DNA of 64,000 nt from Fidelibacterota bacterium (GTDB lineage: Bacteria; Fidelibacterota; Fidelibacteria; Fidelibacterales; DSDE01), in assembly GCA_046735395.1 (NCBI GenBank), contig JBJKQR010000062.1:64001-128000 (forward strand). The letters run 5' to 3'. Below the pieces are notes generated by a model, which worked only from the letters and a program-made list of their open reading frames with translations, was not told where the DNA came from and made no database searches. Of this stretch, positions 1 to 10,106 are shown piece by piece. Positions within the stretch are counted from its first letter, which is position 1, and each line of letters starts with the position of its first letter. A program made the translations under genes and the position numbers.

Positions 1-1110
1 TGGAAACAGGATGTGAAGGTTCAGGATCGAAACAAGAGCACCCTGTATCGGATCGTGGTTGAGGATCAGTCGGTATTTTCCAATATCCGGGCGCAGATGG
101 CCCTTTTCCTCAGCCGTCAGGCCGTTCCGGTAACCCATCCCGAATCCGCAGATGGCAAAGGCCGCGAAATCGATGTGCGGCCGGCAGTAAAAGCACTCTT
201 TTCCTATGGCCCCATCCTCTTTGTGGAAAAGGATCCGGACTACAGCGGGGACGCGGATCTGAGCGACATTTTCGCCGGAATTCTGGAGCGGGACTATAAT
301 CACCTTCCCCGGCACAAGAAATTTCATGATAAAAATATCAAATTCCGTGGCCTGAGCATGCCGAACGGTATGACTATCTCAGACGAGGGCAGCATGACCT
401 GGGTTCCCACGGATACACAGATCGACACATTCCGAATCGTCATTGAGGCCAGCGATGCCATGAGTGCAGATACCCTGAGCTTCAATCTCTTTTCCAATTC
501 ACCGCCCACGATCGTCTCCACGGCACCGTCACTGGTGAATATCGGAGACAGCTGGACCTACCCCATTGAAGTACATGATCTGAACAAGAATCAGGCTTAT
601 CATATCAATATCGTGGATGCACCGGATGGTGTGATACTGAAGAAGAGCACTCTGATCTGGAAACCCACAGATCGGCAGAAAGGGGATAATACCATTTCCT
701 TCATCGTCAGCGACGGCCACCAGAATACAGCACAGACCTTCAATGTCTACGCGAATTCCGCGCCGGAAATTCTGTCAAAACCGGTTATTGTGGCTCTCAC
801 CGGATTCGATTACAGTTATCAGATCAATGCGGATGATCCCAATGGCGATGAACTGCGTTACACGGCCGTGGATATCCCCAGATATGCAAACCTGGACACG
901 AAAACGGGGCTGGTCACCTGGCAACCCCGCAGCAGTGAACGGGGCATTAACCGTTTCGTTATTGATATTACAGATTCCCATAATAAGACAGTACGCCATG
1001 CCTACGATGTGCAGGTTTATGAAGATCCTGCAGCAAAGAAATTCAGCCTCGCTGTTTTTCCCGTAATGGTTACTGTTGTCGGTGTCATCCTGATGGCGGC
1101 TCTGCTCTGA
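1..1110 (+). CDS. Ig-like (He_PIG/cadherin-like) repeat protein with C-terminal membrane anchor, 5'-truncated
   Basis: Frame is open from base 1. Three ~90-aa repeats (NSPPTI/NSAPEI...YxYQIxAxDP..D.L.Y...P....D..TG.VTWxP). Hydrophobic C-terminal helix (LAVFPVMVTVVGVILMAALL). Confidence 0.7.
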   Translation, partial: WKQDVKVQDRNKSTLYRIVVEDQSVFSNIRAQMALFLSRQAVPVTHPESADGKGREIDVRPAVKALFSYGPILFVEKDPDYSGDADLSDIFAGILERDYNHLPRHKKFHDKNIKFRGLSMPNGMTISDEGSMTWVPTDTQIDTFRIVIEASDAMSADTLSFNLFSNSPPTIVSTAPSLVNIGDSWTYPIEVHDLNKNQAYHINIVDAPDGVILKKSTLIWKPTDRQKGDNTISFIVSDGHQNTAQTFNVYANSAPEILSKPVIVALTGFDYSYQINADDPNGDELRYTAVDIPRYANLDTKTGLVTWQPRSSERGINRFVIDITDSHNKTVRHAYDVQVYEDPAAKKFSLAVFPVMVTVVGVILMAALL

Positions 1111-1122
1111 CAGGACGCCTGA

Positions 1123-2307
1123 ATGGAATCTGACAGAATTCGTCAAATCATCGAGGGATTGTGTTCCCTCCCCCATCGTGGTGCCGGCACAGCAAATGAA
1201 CTCAGGGCTGCAGAATTTCTGCGGAGTCAGATAGAAACTCCGGACCTGAATGTACACGTTGAGGAATTCCGTACAACCCGAAGTTATATCTTCGAACTGG
1301 GGTGGTTCCTGCTCCTTCTCATTGCCGTTTTCCTCTTTTTCCCCGGTCAGACCTACTTTTTCGGTGTACTGGGAATATTCCTTGTCGTCACGCTGCTGCG
1401 CTTTCTTGACTGGCATCCGGGTTTTCCGGGACATCTGCCGCCTCAGATCCGATCGCGGAACATCTATGCTCATAAGCGGCTGCATGATGACCATCCCGGC
1501 ACTCTGCGTCTTCTGATCATGGCTCATTATGACAGCGCTCCCGTATCCCGTCTCTACCTTCCGGGGCAGGTCGAGCATTTTCATCTGTCCCTCCGGCTCA
1601 ATGCCCTCGTCCTGCTGGCATCAGGCCTGTATCTGACAGGCATGATGGTCTTTGCTCATCATTTTCCCGTCCAGTGGTGGCACCTCCTGTTTCCTCTCTA
1701 CTTCCTGATTCAGATCATCCTCCTGTCCGTCGATTATATCCGTTTCGGATACACGAACGGAGCCGCGGATAATGCCAGCGGATGCGCCGCCGCCATTGAA
1801 ACGGCCCGTGATCTGTGGAAAAATCCCATTGAGGGCGTCAGCACGGAATTATTATTGACCGGAGCCGAGGAAGCAGGCATGAAAGGCGCCTTTGCCTGGA
1901 TACAGAGACATAAGAATGAACTGAAGAAATGTGATTATTTAGTTCTGAATTTTGACAATGTGGGATCCGGAACCTGCAGATTCATTACAGAAACCGGCGC
2001 TCTGAGCCGGATCGAATATACCAGTATTCTCGTACGGGCAGCGATGGAAGTGGCCGACAGCCACAGTGAGTTTTCCCACATCGGCCCCGGCAGCTGGCAT
2101 ACCGGAGATTTCGACACACTCCCCTTTTACCGTCAGGGTGTTCCCTGCCTGACGCTGTCTGCCCAGGATGAGGCCGGCCTCATCCCCCATCTCCACAGGC
2201 CGGATGATATCCCGGACAACGTGGATTATCATGTTCCCCTTCAGGCCAAGGAATTTGCGGTTCACCTGCTGCGACATCTCTTCATCAGCGATTCGGCATC
2301 AGAATGA
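1123..2307 (+). CDS. M28-family metallopeptidase with internal transmembrane segments
   Basis: Zinc-ligand motifs AHYDS, GAADNASG, AEEAG, NFDNVG and HRPDD; about four hydrophobic helices. Confidence 0.85.
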   Translation: MESDRIRQIIEGLCSLPHRGAGTANELRAAEFLRSQIETPDLNVHVEEFRTTRSYIFELGWFLLLLIAVFLFFPGQTYFFGVLGIFLVVTLLRFLDWHPGFPGHLPPQIRSRNIYAHKRLHDDHPGTLRLLIMAHYDSAPVSRLYLPGQVEHFHLSLRLNALVLLASGLYLTGMMVFAHHFPVQWWHLLFPLYFLIQIILLSVDYIRFGYTNGAADNASGCAAAIETARDLWKNPIEGVSTELLLTGAEEAGMKGAFAWIQRHKNELKKCDYLVLNFDNVGSGTCRFITETGALSRIEYTSILVRAAMEVADSHSEFSHIGPGSWHTGDFDTLPFYRQGVPCLTLSAQDEAGLIPHLHRPDDIPDNVDYHVPLQAKEFAVHLLRHLFISDSASE

Positions 2308-2924
2308 CGACACTCGGAAACCACTCGCATACCCGAATTTTAGCCATCGATTTTGAGACAACCGGGAAAGTGGATAACTATCCGGATGAACCCTGGCAAT
2401 TAGGCCTGGTTTCGATGGAAAACGGGAAAATTCAGGCAGAAAATGCCCGGGAATATTATTTTCATATCGGCGAACGTCCCTTTAACCGTTATGCTCCGGG
2501 ACGGCATGCGGAACTCCGTCCTCTGCTCCGGAAATCGGAAGCTTTTACCCGATCCTGGCCTCATTTCCGGGAATCCCTGACGGATACGCTTCTCTGTGCC
2601 CACAATGCCTCCACCGAGAGGCGGATTCTGAAAACCTATTTTCCCATTCATGATTTCGGTCCCTGGATCGACACTCTGAAACTCTCCCGCCTCGTATTTC
2701 CCGGTCTGCCGAATTATAAACTTGAAACTGTCGTGAGATCTATCGGAGCAGAAGCGAGGCTGCACAGCCTCTTTCCCGATCGGGACTTCCATGATGCGCT
2801 GTTTGATGCGGCCGCCTCGGCACTGATTCTGGAAAAATTGTTTCATGATTTCCCGGACATGAGCACTGAAGCGCTCATTTCCCCGGATATGCTGCCCTAT
2901 GTCATAAGGAGACGAAAATTATGA
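2304..2924 (+). CDS. DEDDh 3'-5' exonuclease (DNA Pol III epsilon-like)
   Basis: ExoI IDFETTG, ExoII AHNASTE, WIDTL, ExoIII HDALFDA; ATGA overlap with the upstream gene. Confidence 0.85.
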   Translation: MTTLGNHSHTRILAIDFETTGKVDNYPDEPWQLGLVSMENGKIQAENAREYYFHIGERPFNRYAPGRHAELRPLLRKSEAFTRSWPHFRESLTDTLLCAHNASTERRILKTYFPIHDFGPWIDTLKLSRLVFPGLPNYKLETVVRSIGAEARLHSLFPDRDFHDALFDAAASALILEKLFHDFPDMSTEALISPDMLPYVIRRRKL

Positions 2925-3892
2925 TGTCACCCCGGTCCTATTTCGGCGGGCCCAGCCCGCTGCAGAAGCTTGACAGAATATCCGCCCCCTTCCCCGATCT
3001 GAATCTGTGGATCAAGCGGGACGATCTGAGCCTGGCCGGCCTGGGCGGGAACAAGCTGAGAAAACTTGAGTATCTCGTCGCGGATGCCCTGAATAAAGGA
3101 TGTGACACCCTGATCACCGCGGGTGCACCCCAGAGCAATCACTGCCGTCAGACCGCAGCGGCTGCCACCATGGAAGGCCTGGACTGTCACCTGGTACTCG
3201 GCGGTGAATCACCGGCGCTGCCGACCGGCAATATTCTGCTGGATAACCTGCTCGGGGCACAGATCACCTTTACGGAAAAGCACCTGCGCGGTGATACGAT
3301 GCAGAATGTAGCGGCCGAACTTGAAAATCAGGGACGGAAGCCTTACATCATACCCATCGGGGGCAGCAACGGAATCGGCGCACAGGGTTATGTCCGGGCG
3401 GCGGAAGAGCTCGTGACACAGTTCGGTGAGAACCATATTCAGAAAGCCCGGATCATCCTCGCCAGCTCATCCGGAGGCACTCACGCCGGACTGGAATATG
3501 GATTCCGGCGTCTGAAGGCTCCCATCACCGTGGAAGGCATCCGCATCGACAAGGATGACGGCAGATCCCTCAGCTATGAATCCGATCTGGCAAATATCTG
3601 CAGAGAGCTGGATTCCATCACCGGTCGTTCTCTACAGCTGCAGGCCACCGATTTCACAGTGAATTACAGCTGCAGCAGCCGGGACTATGGCCAGCTCGGG
3701 GCGGAAGAAAAAGATGCCATTTCTCTGCTTGCCCGGGAAGAAGGTGTTCTGCTTGATCCGGTTTATACAGGCAGAGCTTTTGCCGGTTTGCTGACAAAAC
3801 TGAAATCCGGACAGTACACAAAAGATGAACATATCGTATTTCTGCATACCGGCGGAACGCCCGCACTGTTTGCCTATGCGGATCAGTTCTGA
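2921..3892 (+). CDS. dcyD: D-cysteine desulfhydrase / ACC deaminase family PLP enzyme
   Basis: KRDD..GGNKLRKLEY, QSNH, SSSGGTHAG, LDPVYTGRA, FLHTGG. Confidence 0.85.
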   Translation: MMSPRSYFGGPSPLQKLDRISAPFPDLNLWIKRDDLSLAGLGGNKLRKLEYLVADALNKGCDTLITAGAPQSNHCRQTAAAATMEGLDCHLVLGGESPALPTGNILLDNLLGAQITFTEKHLRGDTMQNVAAELENQGRKPYIIPIGGSNGIGAQGYVRAAEELVTQFGENHIQKARIILASSSGGTHAGLEYGFRRLKAPITVEGIRIDKDDGRSLSYESDLANICRELDSITGRSLQLQATDFTVNYSCSSRDYGQLGAEEKDAISLLAREEGVLLDPVYTGRAFAGLLTKLKSGQYTKDEHIVFLHTGGTPALFAYADQF

Positions 3893-4011
3893 TTATGTCC
3901 CGACACTGAGCAACAATTTAGTCAAAATGTTGGCCCTTGCGAATGCGTCAGAAATTCCACATATTCTCATTGTCTATGAATGAAAAGAAGAGAACGGAGA
4001 GTCGGGCTTCC

Positions 4012-5052
4012 ATGACGGGCATGATGATTTTTGGGCTATTTCTGAGTCTGCTCTGCCCGCGACCGGCAAAAGCCGGCATTCTGGATAAACTGAAGGATTT
4101 CAACCCTGATATATTCATCACCGATACACTTGACCTGAGCGCATCGGATACCCTGGCCTGCAATTTCCGGTCCCGCATCACGGTTCTGGACCGGAGGCCC
4201 CTGAGCGGCAATATTCTGGATATTCATCAGATCAATCGGTATAAATACATCCCGGTTGATGAACTCATTTTGGTTCATCCGGCAGTAGATACACTCATCC
4301 GCTGCAGCCTTCCCGACGACAGCACTCTGACCGGAACGCTGTCCCTCGGGCATCTGCGGATCTGGTACGATGGGAAACCCTGGTTCGACAAAGGCTATAA
4401 ACTGAATGCCTACACCATTTACCGGTCTGCGAACGGAGACACAGCAAGGGACTGGCTCTGGGAAATTCCGGTTCATTTCAGGAAAAAGGAAGCCAAGGCC
4501 TCCGCCTTTCGCCGGGCCGTTGATCAGTTTACCGATAATCAGGGAAAAGCGCTGGAGTCCCTGACTGTTATCCCGCTCTACCCATTTCCCTACCGGCGCC
4601 AGCTTCAGTCCTGGGCTGAATACGGCTTTTTCGGGGATGGTTACAGCCTCAATGCCCATTTTACACTGGATTATCCGACGGATGATATGCATAATTATCG
4701 CCGCGGTTCACCCGGAGTGTTCTACCGGAAAAGCCGGCGCGCGGAAAGTATCAGCATCGGCGGCAGGCACCAGAGCTGGAATACACGGCTTTCTGATGCC
4801 TGGACATTCAGAACGGAAACAGGCCTGAGAATCGGCTTCAATAATTTTAACCGGCATTATTTTAATCATCTTGATCCCTGGGACATAATGTCAGTCATGG
4901 CTACCTGGCAAAACAGTCTCATCCGGGATCCGGCCCGGAAGCGGGGCCTGACAGCCGGCATCGGAATCATACAGATCGTCCGCGCTCTCCCCACAGTCCT
5001 GCCCGTCTGGGAAGCCGGAGTGACATTCAATATTGGAATCAAACTGCCGTGA
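4012..5052 (+). CDS. Exported hypothetical protein, probable outer-membrane beta-rich C-terminal half
   Basis: Signal peptide (..PAKA). Amphipathic aromatic beta-strands in the C-terminal half. Overlaps the TonB receptor start. Start uncertain (3937/3976/4012). Confidence 0.55.
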   Translation: MTGMMIFGLFLSLLCPRPAKAGILDKLKDFNPDIFITDTLDLSASDTLACNFRSRITVLDRRPLSGNILDIHQINRYKYIPVDELILVHPAVDTLIRCSLPDDSTLTGTLSLGHLRIWYDGKPWFDKGYKLNAYTIYRSANGDTARDWLWEIPVHFRKKEAKASAFRRAVDQFTDNQGKALESLTVIPLYPFPYRRQLQSWAEYGFFGDGYSLNAHFTLDYPTDDMHNYRRGSPGVFYRKSRRAESISIGGRHQSWNTRLSDAWTFRTETGLRIGFNNFNRHYFNHLDPWDIMSVMATWQNSLIRDPARKRGLTAGIGIIQIVRALPTVLPVWEAGVTFNIGIKLP

Positions 5053-7376
5053 AAGCCTACTCCTCATTTCGAATTTTCATCTTAATTCTGGCCAGCGTTG
5101 CCGGCGCGGGAGCCGTGAATGTTTCCGGAAAAATCGTGGATGCGCGGAGCGGCGAAAGCATCGTGGCGGCGAATGTCTTCATTCCCGGAAGCGATTACGG
5201 CGCAGCCACCGATCTGAATGGTTTTTTCGTTATCCGTAAAGTACCGGCAGGTGCCTGTACACTGAGAATCTCTCATATCGCCTACGCCGGACGGGATCTG
5301 ACCCTCAGCGTGAAAAACAGCGATCTCTATCTGGACCGAATCGAACTGGAACCGGCCGCATATCAGGGTCAGCAGGTCGAAGTCACCGCTCAGAGAAATG
5401 AGCTGGTGGAAAAGGATGTAGACATCGGCAGCTTCCAGGCAGACCCGGTGGTATTGCAGGAAATTCCCCAGCTGAATAAGGACGTATTCAGGCTTGTGCG
5501 CTTCAGCCCCGGCGTCACCACTGCAAATGCCTTTTCTCCCCAATATTTCGTACGCGGGTCGGATGCCGGCGAGAACATGGTGCTTCTGGACGGGATGACA
5601 ATCTACAATCCCCAGCACTTCATGGGTTCAGCGGCCGTATTCAATCCCTACGCCATCAAGAATATGGAAATGCTGGCCGGCGGATTCGGTGCAGAGTATG
5701 GCGGACGGAATGCCAGCATTCTGCTCATCAGTACCCGGGAAGGCCATCAGGATGAAATCCATGGCGAATTCAGGCCGGGAATTTCCGGCATGACCGGAGC
5801 CATCGAATTTCCGATAAACCGGCAGGTTACTGCCATGGTTTCGGGCCGCATGCTGACAGATCTCAGTTTTGCGGTTCTCATGGGCAGTCCCAATCTGCTC
5901 AGTGATTTCAATACAGCCATCCTCTGGAGAAGTCCGCGCCAGCAGACGCGCCTTTCGGCATTTTATGCCCGCGATTACATGGATTACAGCATTGACAACC
6001 TGCTGCTCTTTCTGCCCCAATCAGCGTTTGAGAAACTGGAGGAAGGCTTCATCACGGACACGAGAAATCATGCCATCGGCCTGAAGAACCGTCTCGTCAT
6101 CACCCCCAGCCTGCTGCTGGAAACGCACCTGTACCGGTCCGGCAGTCAGGTGGACAACCGCACTGTCTTCAGCTATCTGGTTGAGGATACGACCAGCGCC
6201 ATGAATTTCGGCCTCGACTCCCGTTCACGCATCGAAAACGGCATTCTGGATTATACCTGGAAAAATGACCTCATCTGGTATCTGCCTTTCGCCCACACGC
6301 TGCAGACCGGATTCGAAGTGAAGACACTCCGCTTCAGCAATGAAATGGGACGCTTTCAGGGCAAATCCTCCCCGGACATCTACACCGCGGACAATCAGGC
6401 CGCCTACCTGCAGGATAAAATGATCTGGAAGGGACTGACTCTCAAAACAGGCCTGCGTGTCGGACGCAGCGGCCCCGGGCAGCCCTGGCTCGGCGAACCC
6501 CGTCTGTCGGCCGCCGTGGATTTGAAAGCCTTTACGCTGAAAGCCGGCTACGGACGCTATGTGCAGTATCTCACCACCCTTGATTCAAAGAACGATGAAT
6601 TCGTCCAGTTTCTCGACTATTACAACAGCCTGAAGGATCTCGCTCCGCTCAGCAGCACGCAGGGGGCGGTCAGTGTGGAAAAAAATCTGACGCCCGAACT
6701 GTTTGCCAGCCTCACCGCCTATTCCAAGAATTTTGCCCGGCTCTACCGCAGTTCCTATTCCAATGATTTTTCCGTAAACCGTGGTATCGTACTGGAAAAG
6801 GGCGAAGGGGAAGCCTATGGGATCGAGGTTCTGCTGCGCATCGAGAAAGCGCGGCTCTCAGGTTGGATCAGCTACGCCTATAGCCGGGGACTGCGCAGAT
6901 ATCCCGGCATTCTGGGAGGCCGGACCCATATCTTTGACGGAGATCAGCCTCATAATTTTAAAAGTGTCCTGAGCTACAAGCTGACCCGGGACATCACCGC
7001 CTCCACCACCTTTGAATTCAGCAGCGGGTTTCCGCGCACCTGGGAAACGGGTATGTTTCTGAGATACGATTATGATCCGGCCGCGAATCAGCTCAACGCC
7101 TTCTCCGCATCCCTCACACCCGAAATCAACAATGTCCGTTACCCGCCCCATATCAACTGGGAAATCGGCTGGAAGAAAAAGCTGCGCAGCGGTTTCGGCT
7201 ACCAGCTGGCGGAATATCTGGGCCTTGACGAAGCCTATTTTACAACCAGTATCCGCAATCTCCTCTTCCTCTACCGCAACCCGCAATACTACTTCTACAT
7301 TCCGGAATTCGGATATTATGCATTGGGAACCAGTTATCTTCCGTCGGTCAGCGCCGGATACAGCCTGGTTTTCTGA
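5049..7376 (+). CDS. TonB-dependent receptor with N-terminal carboxypeptidase-like regulatory domain
   Basis: VSGKIVDARSGE..ANV...GAATDLNGFF; plug VRGSDAGENMVLLDG, GGFGAEYGGR; EPRLS; terminal Phe. Confidence 0.9.
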   Translation: MKAYSSFRIFILILASVAGAGAVNVSGKIVDARSGESIVAANVFIPGSDYGAATDLNGFFVIRKVPAGACTLRISHIAYAGRDLTLSVKNSDLYLDRIELEPAAYQGQQVEVTAQRNELVEKDVDIGSFQADPVVLQEIPQLNKDVFRLVRFSPGVTTANAFSPQYFVRGSDAGENMVLLDGMTIYNPQHFMGSAAVFNPYAIKNMEMLAGGFGAEYGGRNASILLISTREGHQDEIHGEFRPGISGMTGAIEFPINRQVTAMVSGRMLTDLSFAVLMGSPNLLSDFNTAILWRSPRQQTRLSAFYARDYMDYSIDNLLLFLPQSAFEKLEEGFITDTRNHAIGLKNRLVITPSLLLETHLYRSGSQVDNRTVFSYLVEDTTSAMNFGLDSRSRIENGILDYTWKNDLIWYLPFAHTLQTGFEVKTLRFSNEMGRFQGKSSPDIYTADNQAAYLQDKMIWKGLTLKTGLRVGRSGPGQPWLGEPRLSAAVDLKAFTLKAGYGRYVQYLTTLDSKNDEFVQFLDYYNSLKDLAPLSSTQGAVSVEKNLTPELFASLTAYSKNFARLYRSSYSNDFSVNRGIVLEKGEGEAYGIEVLLRIEKARLSGWISYAYSRGLRRYPGILGGRTHIFDGDQPHNFKSVLSYKLTRDITASTTFEFSSGFPRTWETGMFLRYDYDPAANQLNAFSASLTPEINNVRYPPHINWEIGWKKKLRSGFGYQLAEYLGLDEAYFTTSIRNLLFLYRNPQYYFYIPEFGYYALGTSYLPSVSAGYSLVF

Positions 7377-7387
7377 AGGGAGATGCC

Positions 7388-8164
7388 ATGAGTTATCATC
7401 CATTCCTGAAGTGGGTCATTGTGCTGCCCGGCCTGCTGCTCATGCTGTCCTGTTCCCTGCCCCAGGAGCCCGGCCCCATGCCCCGACAGATAGTTGACAC
7501 GCAGTACGAACCCATGCTGAATGTGTTCGGAATCCTGCGGAATGACGGAATCGCCGGTTCCTCCTTCTTTCATGTGGAGCGTTTCATCACGACGGGTGAA
7601 ATGTATTCCATGGATGCGGATGTCGTCGTCCGCAATGCGATCGTCACCGTGACAGACATAGAAACGGACAGTGTGACTCTGTTTACCATAGCAGAAGACA
7701 GCCTCCACGACGGATATTATTTCAATACGGAGTTCACAGCAGAAGCCGGCCACAGCTATCGGGCCCTCATTACTGCAGAGGGCTATCCGGACCTCAGTTC
7801 AACCCTGCCGATCCCCGCGGCTCCCATTGTTTCCTCCATAAATGCTGATCCCACCCGGTCCCTGACGGTCATAAATCTGTATCCCGACACCCTCGCTGCC
7901 GAATATGAGATACTCACTTATAGCTCCGGTGAAACCCGAAAATTCTATACTCAGCCTGATGGGGACGGGAATGTGCTATTACCCTGGACAGCATCTGCTA
8001 CGCCACCGGATTCGGCAGAGATTTATGCAACGGATGCCAATCTACGGCGTTACCGGCTCGCCTCACCCTCCATCATACCCCAGACTTTCCACGAGGACGG
8101 ATCGACGGTCGACGGCGGCCTGGGCGTAATCGGCGGCCTCAGCCGGCTGATATTACGATTCTGA
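7388..8164 (+). CDS. Lipoprotein, DUF4249-like, TonB-receptor partner
   Basis: Lipobox MLSC; NAIVTV, GHSYR and C-terminal STVDGGLGVIG pattern; directly follows the receptor. Confidence 0.65.
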   Translation: MSYHPFLKWVIVLPGLLLMLSCSLPQEPGPMPRQIVDTQYEPMLNVFGILRNDGIAGSSFFHVERFITTGEMYSMDADVVVRNAIVTVTDIETDSVTLFTIAEDSLHDGYYFNTEFTAEAGHSYRALITAEGYPDLSSTLPIPAAPIVSSINADPTRSLTVINLYPDTLAAEYEILTYSSGETRKFYTQPDGDGNVLLPWTASATPPDSAEIYATDANLRRYRLASPSIIPQTFHEDGSTVDGGLGVIGGLSRLILRF

Positions 8165-8289
8165 AATGACTTCCTATATTTTTATCACAGGCTCAGAGCA
8201 AAGATAAAACCAATGATTTTGAAGATCCGTTTAGGACCTTCATTCAGATTAGTATTCAGAGTAAAAGAAAATTCGAAACGAAAATTGAT

Positions 8290-9060
8290 TTACAGGCTTT
8301 CCCGGCGCAGGCTGCTGCCGTCCCAGACAACCCGGTAACGATGTTCGGGAACGACCCAGTCCCCGATGACACAGCGGTATTTTCCATCGGATTCAACGAA
8401 TTCCGGAAAATGAATATGGCCCATCAGCGCCACATCGACACCTTCATCCAGCCGCTTTCCCTGCCAGACAACCATTTCATCGGCATAGGTCTGCAGAAGG
8501 GGAATACGCACCTGGTAATTCTTCCGGGAGTGGCGGGTCTGCCGAAGTCCGAGCCTCATACCGAAACGGGGCCCCAATAGGCGGAAGGCAAATACGGCCA
8601 CCGGATTCCGAAATATACGTTTCAGCAGGCGATAGCCCGTATCCGATGCCAGCAGCCCGTCCCCGTGACAGAGATAGAATTTTTTATTTTCATGACTGAA
8701 GCTGATATGATCGGGATACCAGTGAACGCCAATCCGGCGAAAACTTTTCCATGACCAGTAATCGTGATTTCCGGCAATGAAATGGACGTCCACACCCTGC
8801 TTTACCAGCGAGGCCAGATCATCCAGGATCGTCTGCAGCGCAGGATCTGCATAATGAGGATAGTCAAACCAGAAATCAAAAAAATCACCGAGTATAAACA
8901 GCGTCCCGCCCTTTCTGCGGATCTGGCTGGTCAGCGCGGCAAAGAGACGGCGCTTCTCCGTCTCCTCCTCATTCAGGGACGCACTGAAATGGACATCGGA
9001 AATAAAATAGAACGGGAGTTTTAGCTCCGCCTTGTTTTCGATATTCTCGGGATAGATCAT
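8290..9060 (-). CDS. lpxH: UDP-2,3-diacylglucosamine diphosphatase (LpxH-like metallophosphoesterase)
   Basis: FISDVH, GDFFDFW, GNHD, HGDG, MGHIH. Start reassigned to ATG 9060, just after argF. Confidence 0.8.
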   Translation of the reverse strand: MIYPENIENKAELKLPFYFISDVHFSASLNEEETEKRRLFAALTSQIRRKGGTLFILGDFFDFWFDYPHYADPALQTILDDLASLVKQGVDVHFIAGNHDYWSWKSFRRIGVHWYPDHISFSHENKKFYLCHGDGLLASDTGYRLLKRIFRNPVAVFAFRLLGPRFGMRLGLRQTRHSRKNYQVRIPLLQTYADEMVVWQGKRLDEGVDVALMGHIHFPEFVESDGKYRCVIGDWVVPEHRYRVVWDGSSLRRESL

Positions 9061-9070
9061 AGCCTGCGGA

Positions 9071-10066
9071 TTATTTTCCCAGGGTGGCGACCATGACCGC
9101 CTTGATGGTGTGAACGCGGTTTTCGGCTTCATCCCAGACCTTCGACGCGCCGGACAGAAAAACCTCATCTGTCACTTCCAGAGCCTCCAGGCCGAAGCGC
9201 TGATACATTTCCTCACCCACGTCCGTATTCCGGTCGTGAAAGGCAGGGAGACAATGGAGAAAAATGGTCTCCGGATCTCCGGTCGCAGCCATGAGCTCAG
9301 CGTTGACCTGATAAGGCTTCAACAGTTTAATCCGCTCTTCATACCGGCTTTCTTCACCCATGGAGACCCAGACGTCAGTATAAATGACCTGGGCCGCGGC
9401 AACACCTTCTTTGATGCTGTCCGTAATCGTGACGGATCCGCCCGTTTCGGCAGCTACATCCTTCGCATATTGCACAAGCTCCGTCTCAGGAAACAGGCTT
9501 TTCGGCGATACAATGCGGAAATCCATACCCATCTTCGCGGCGCCGATCATGAGGGAATTTGCCACATTATTCCGGCCATCGCCCACGTAGGCAAACCGGA
9601 TGCCCTTCACAACTCCGAACTGTTCCCTGATGGTCAGGAAATCAGCCAGAACCTGCGTCGGATGATATTTGTCAGTAAGGCCATTCCAGACCGGTACGCC
9701 GCTGTATCGCGCCAGGTCCTCAACCGTTTTGTGGGAAAATCCTCGGAACTGTATACCGTCAAACATCCGTCCCAGCACCTTGGCCGTATCCGCCACACTT
9801 TCCTTTTTGCCGAACTGTATGTCGCCCTTGCCGAGATAATCTGCATGGGCTGCTTCGTCATTCGCCGCCACCATGAAGGCGCAGCGGGTCCGGGTCGAGG
9901 GCTTTTCAAAAATCAGAGCAATATTTTTATTTTCCAGATTTCGTCCATACACGCCGGCATATTTATCCGCCTTCAGCTTTTCACTGAGACGCAGCAGAAA
10001 GCCTATTTCCTCCGGACTGAAATCCTTCAAGGTCAGAAAACTGCGGCCTTTGAGATTGACTGGCAT
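9071..10066 (-). CDS. argF: Ornithine carbamoyltransferase
   Basis: [34 protein letters not shown]. Confidence 0.95.
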   Translation of the reverse strand: MPVNLKGRSFLTLKDFSPEEIGFLLRLSEKLKADKYAGVYGRNLENKNIALIFEKPSTRTRCAFMVAANDEAAHADYLGKGDIQFGKKESVADTAKVLGRMFDGIQFRGFSHKTVEDLARYSGVPVWNGLTDKYHPTQVLADFLTIREQFGVVKGIRFAYVGDGRNNVANSLMIGAAKMGMDFRIVSPKSLFPETELVQYAKDVAAETGGSVTITDSIKEGVAAAQVIYTDVWVSMGEESRYEERIKLLKPYQVNAELMAATGDPETIFLHCLPAFHDRNTDVGEEMYQRFGLEALEVTDEVFLSGASKVWDEAENRVHTIKAVMVATLGK

Positions 10067-10106
10067 GGTGAACTCCTTTATTTAATACATTGATCGGACA
10101 GGGTTT

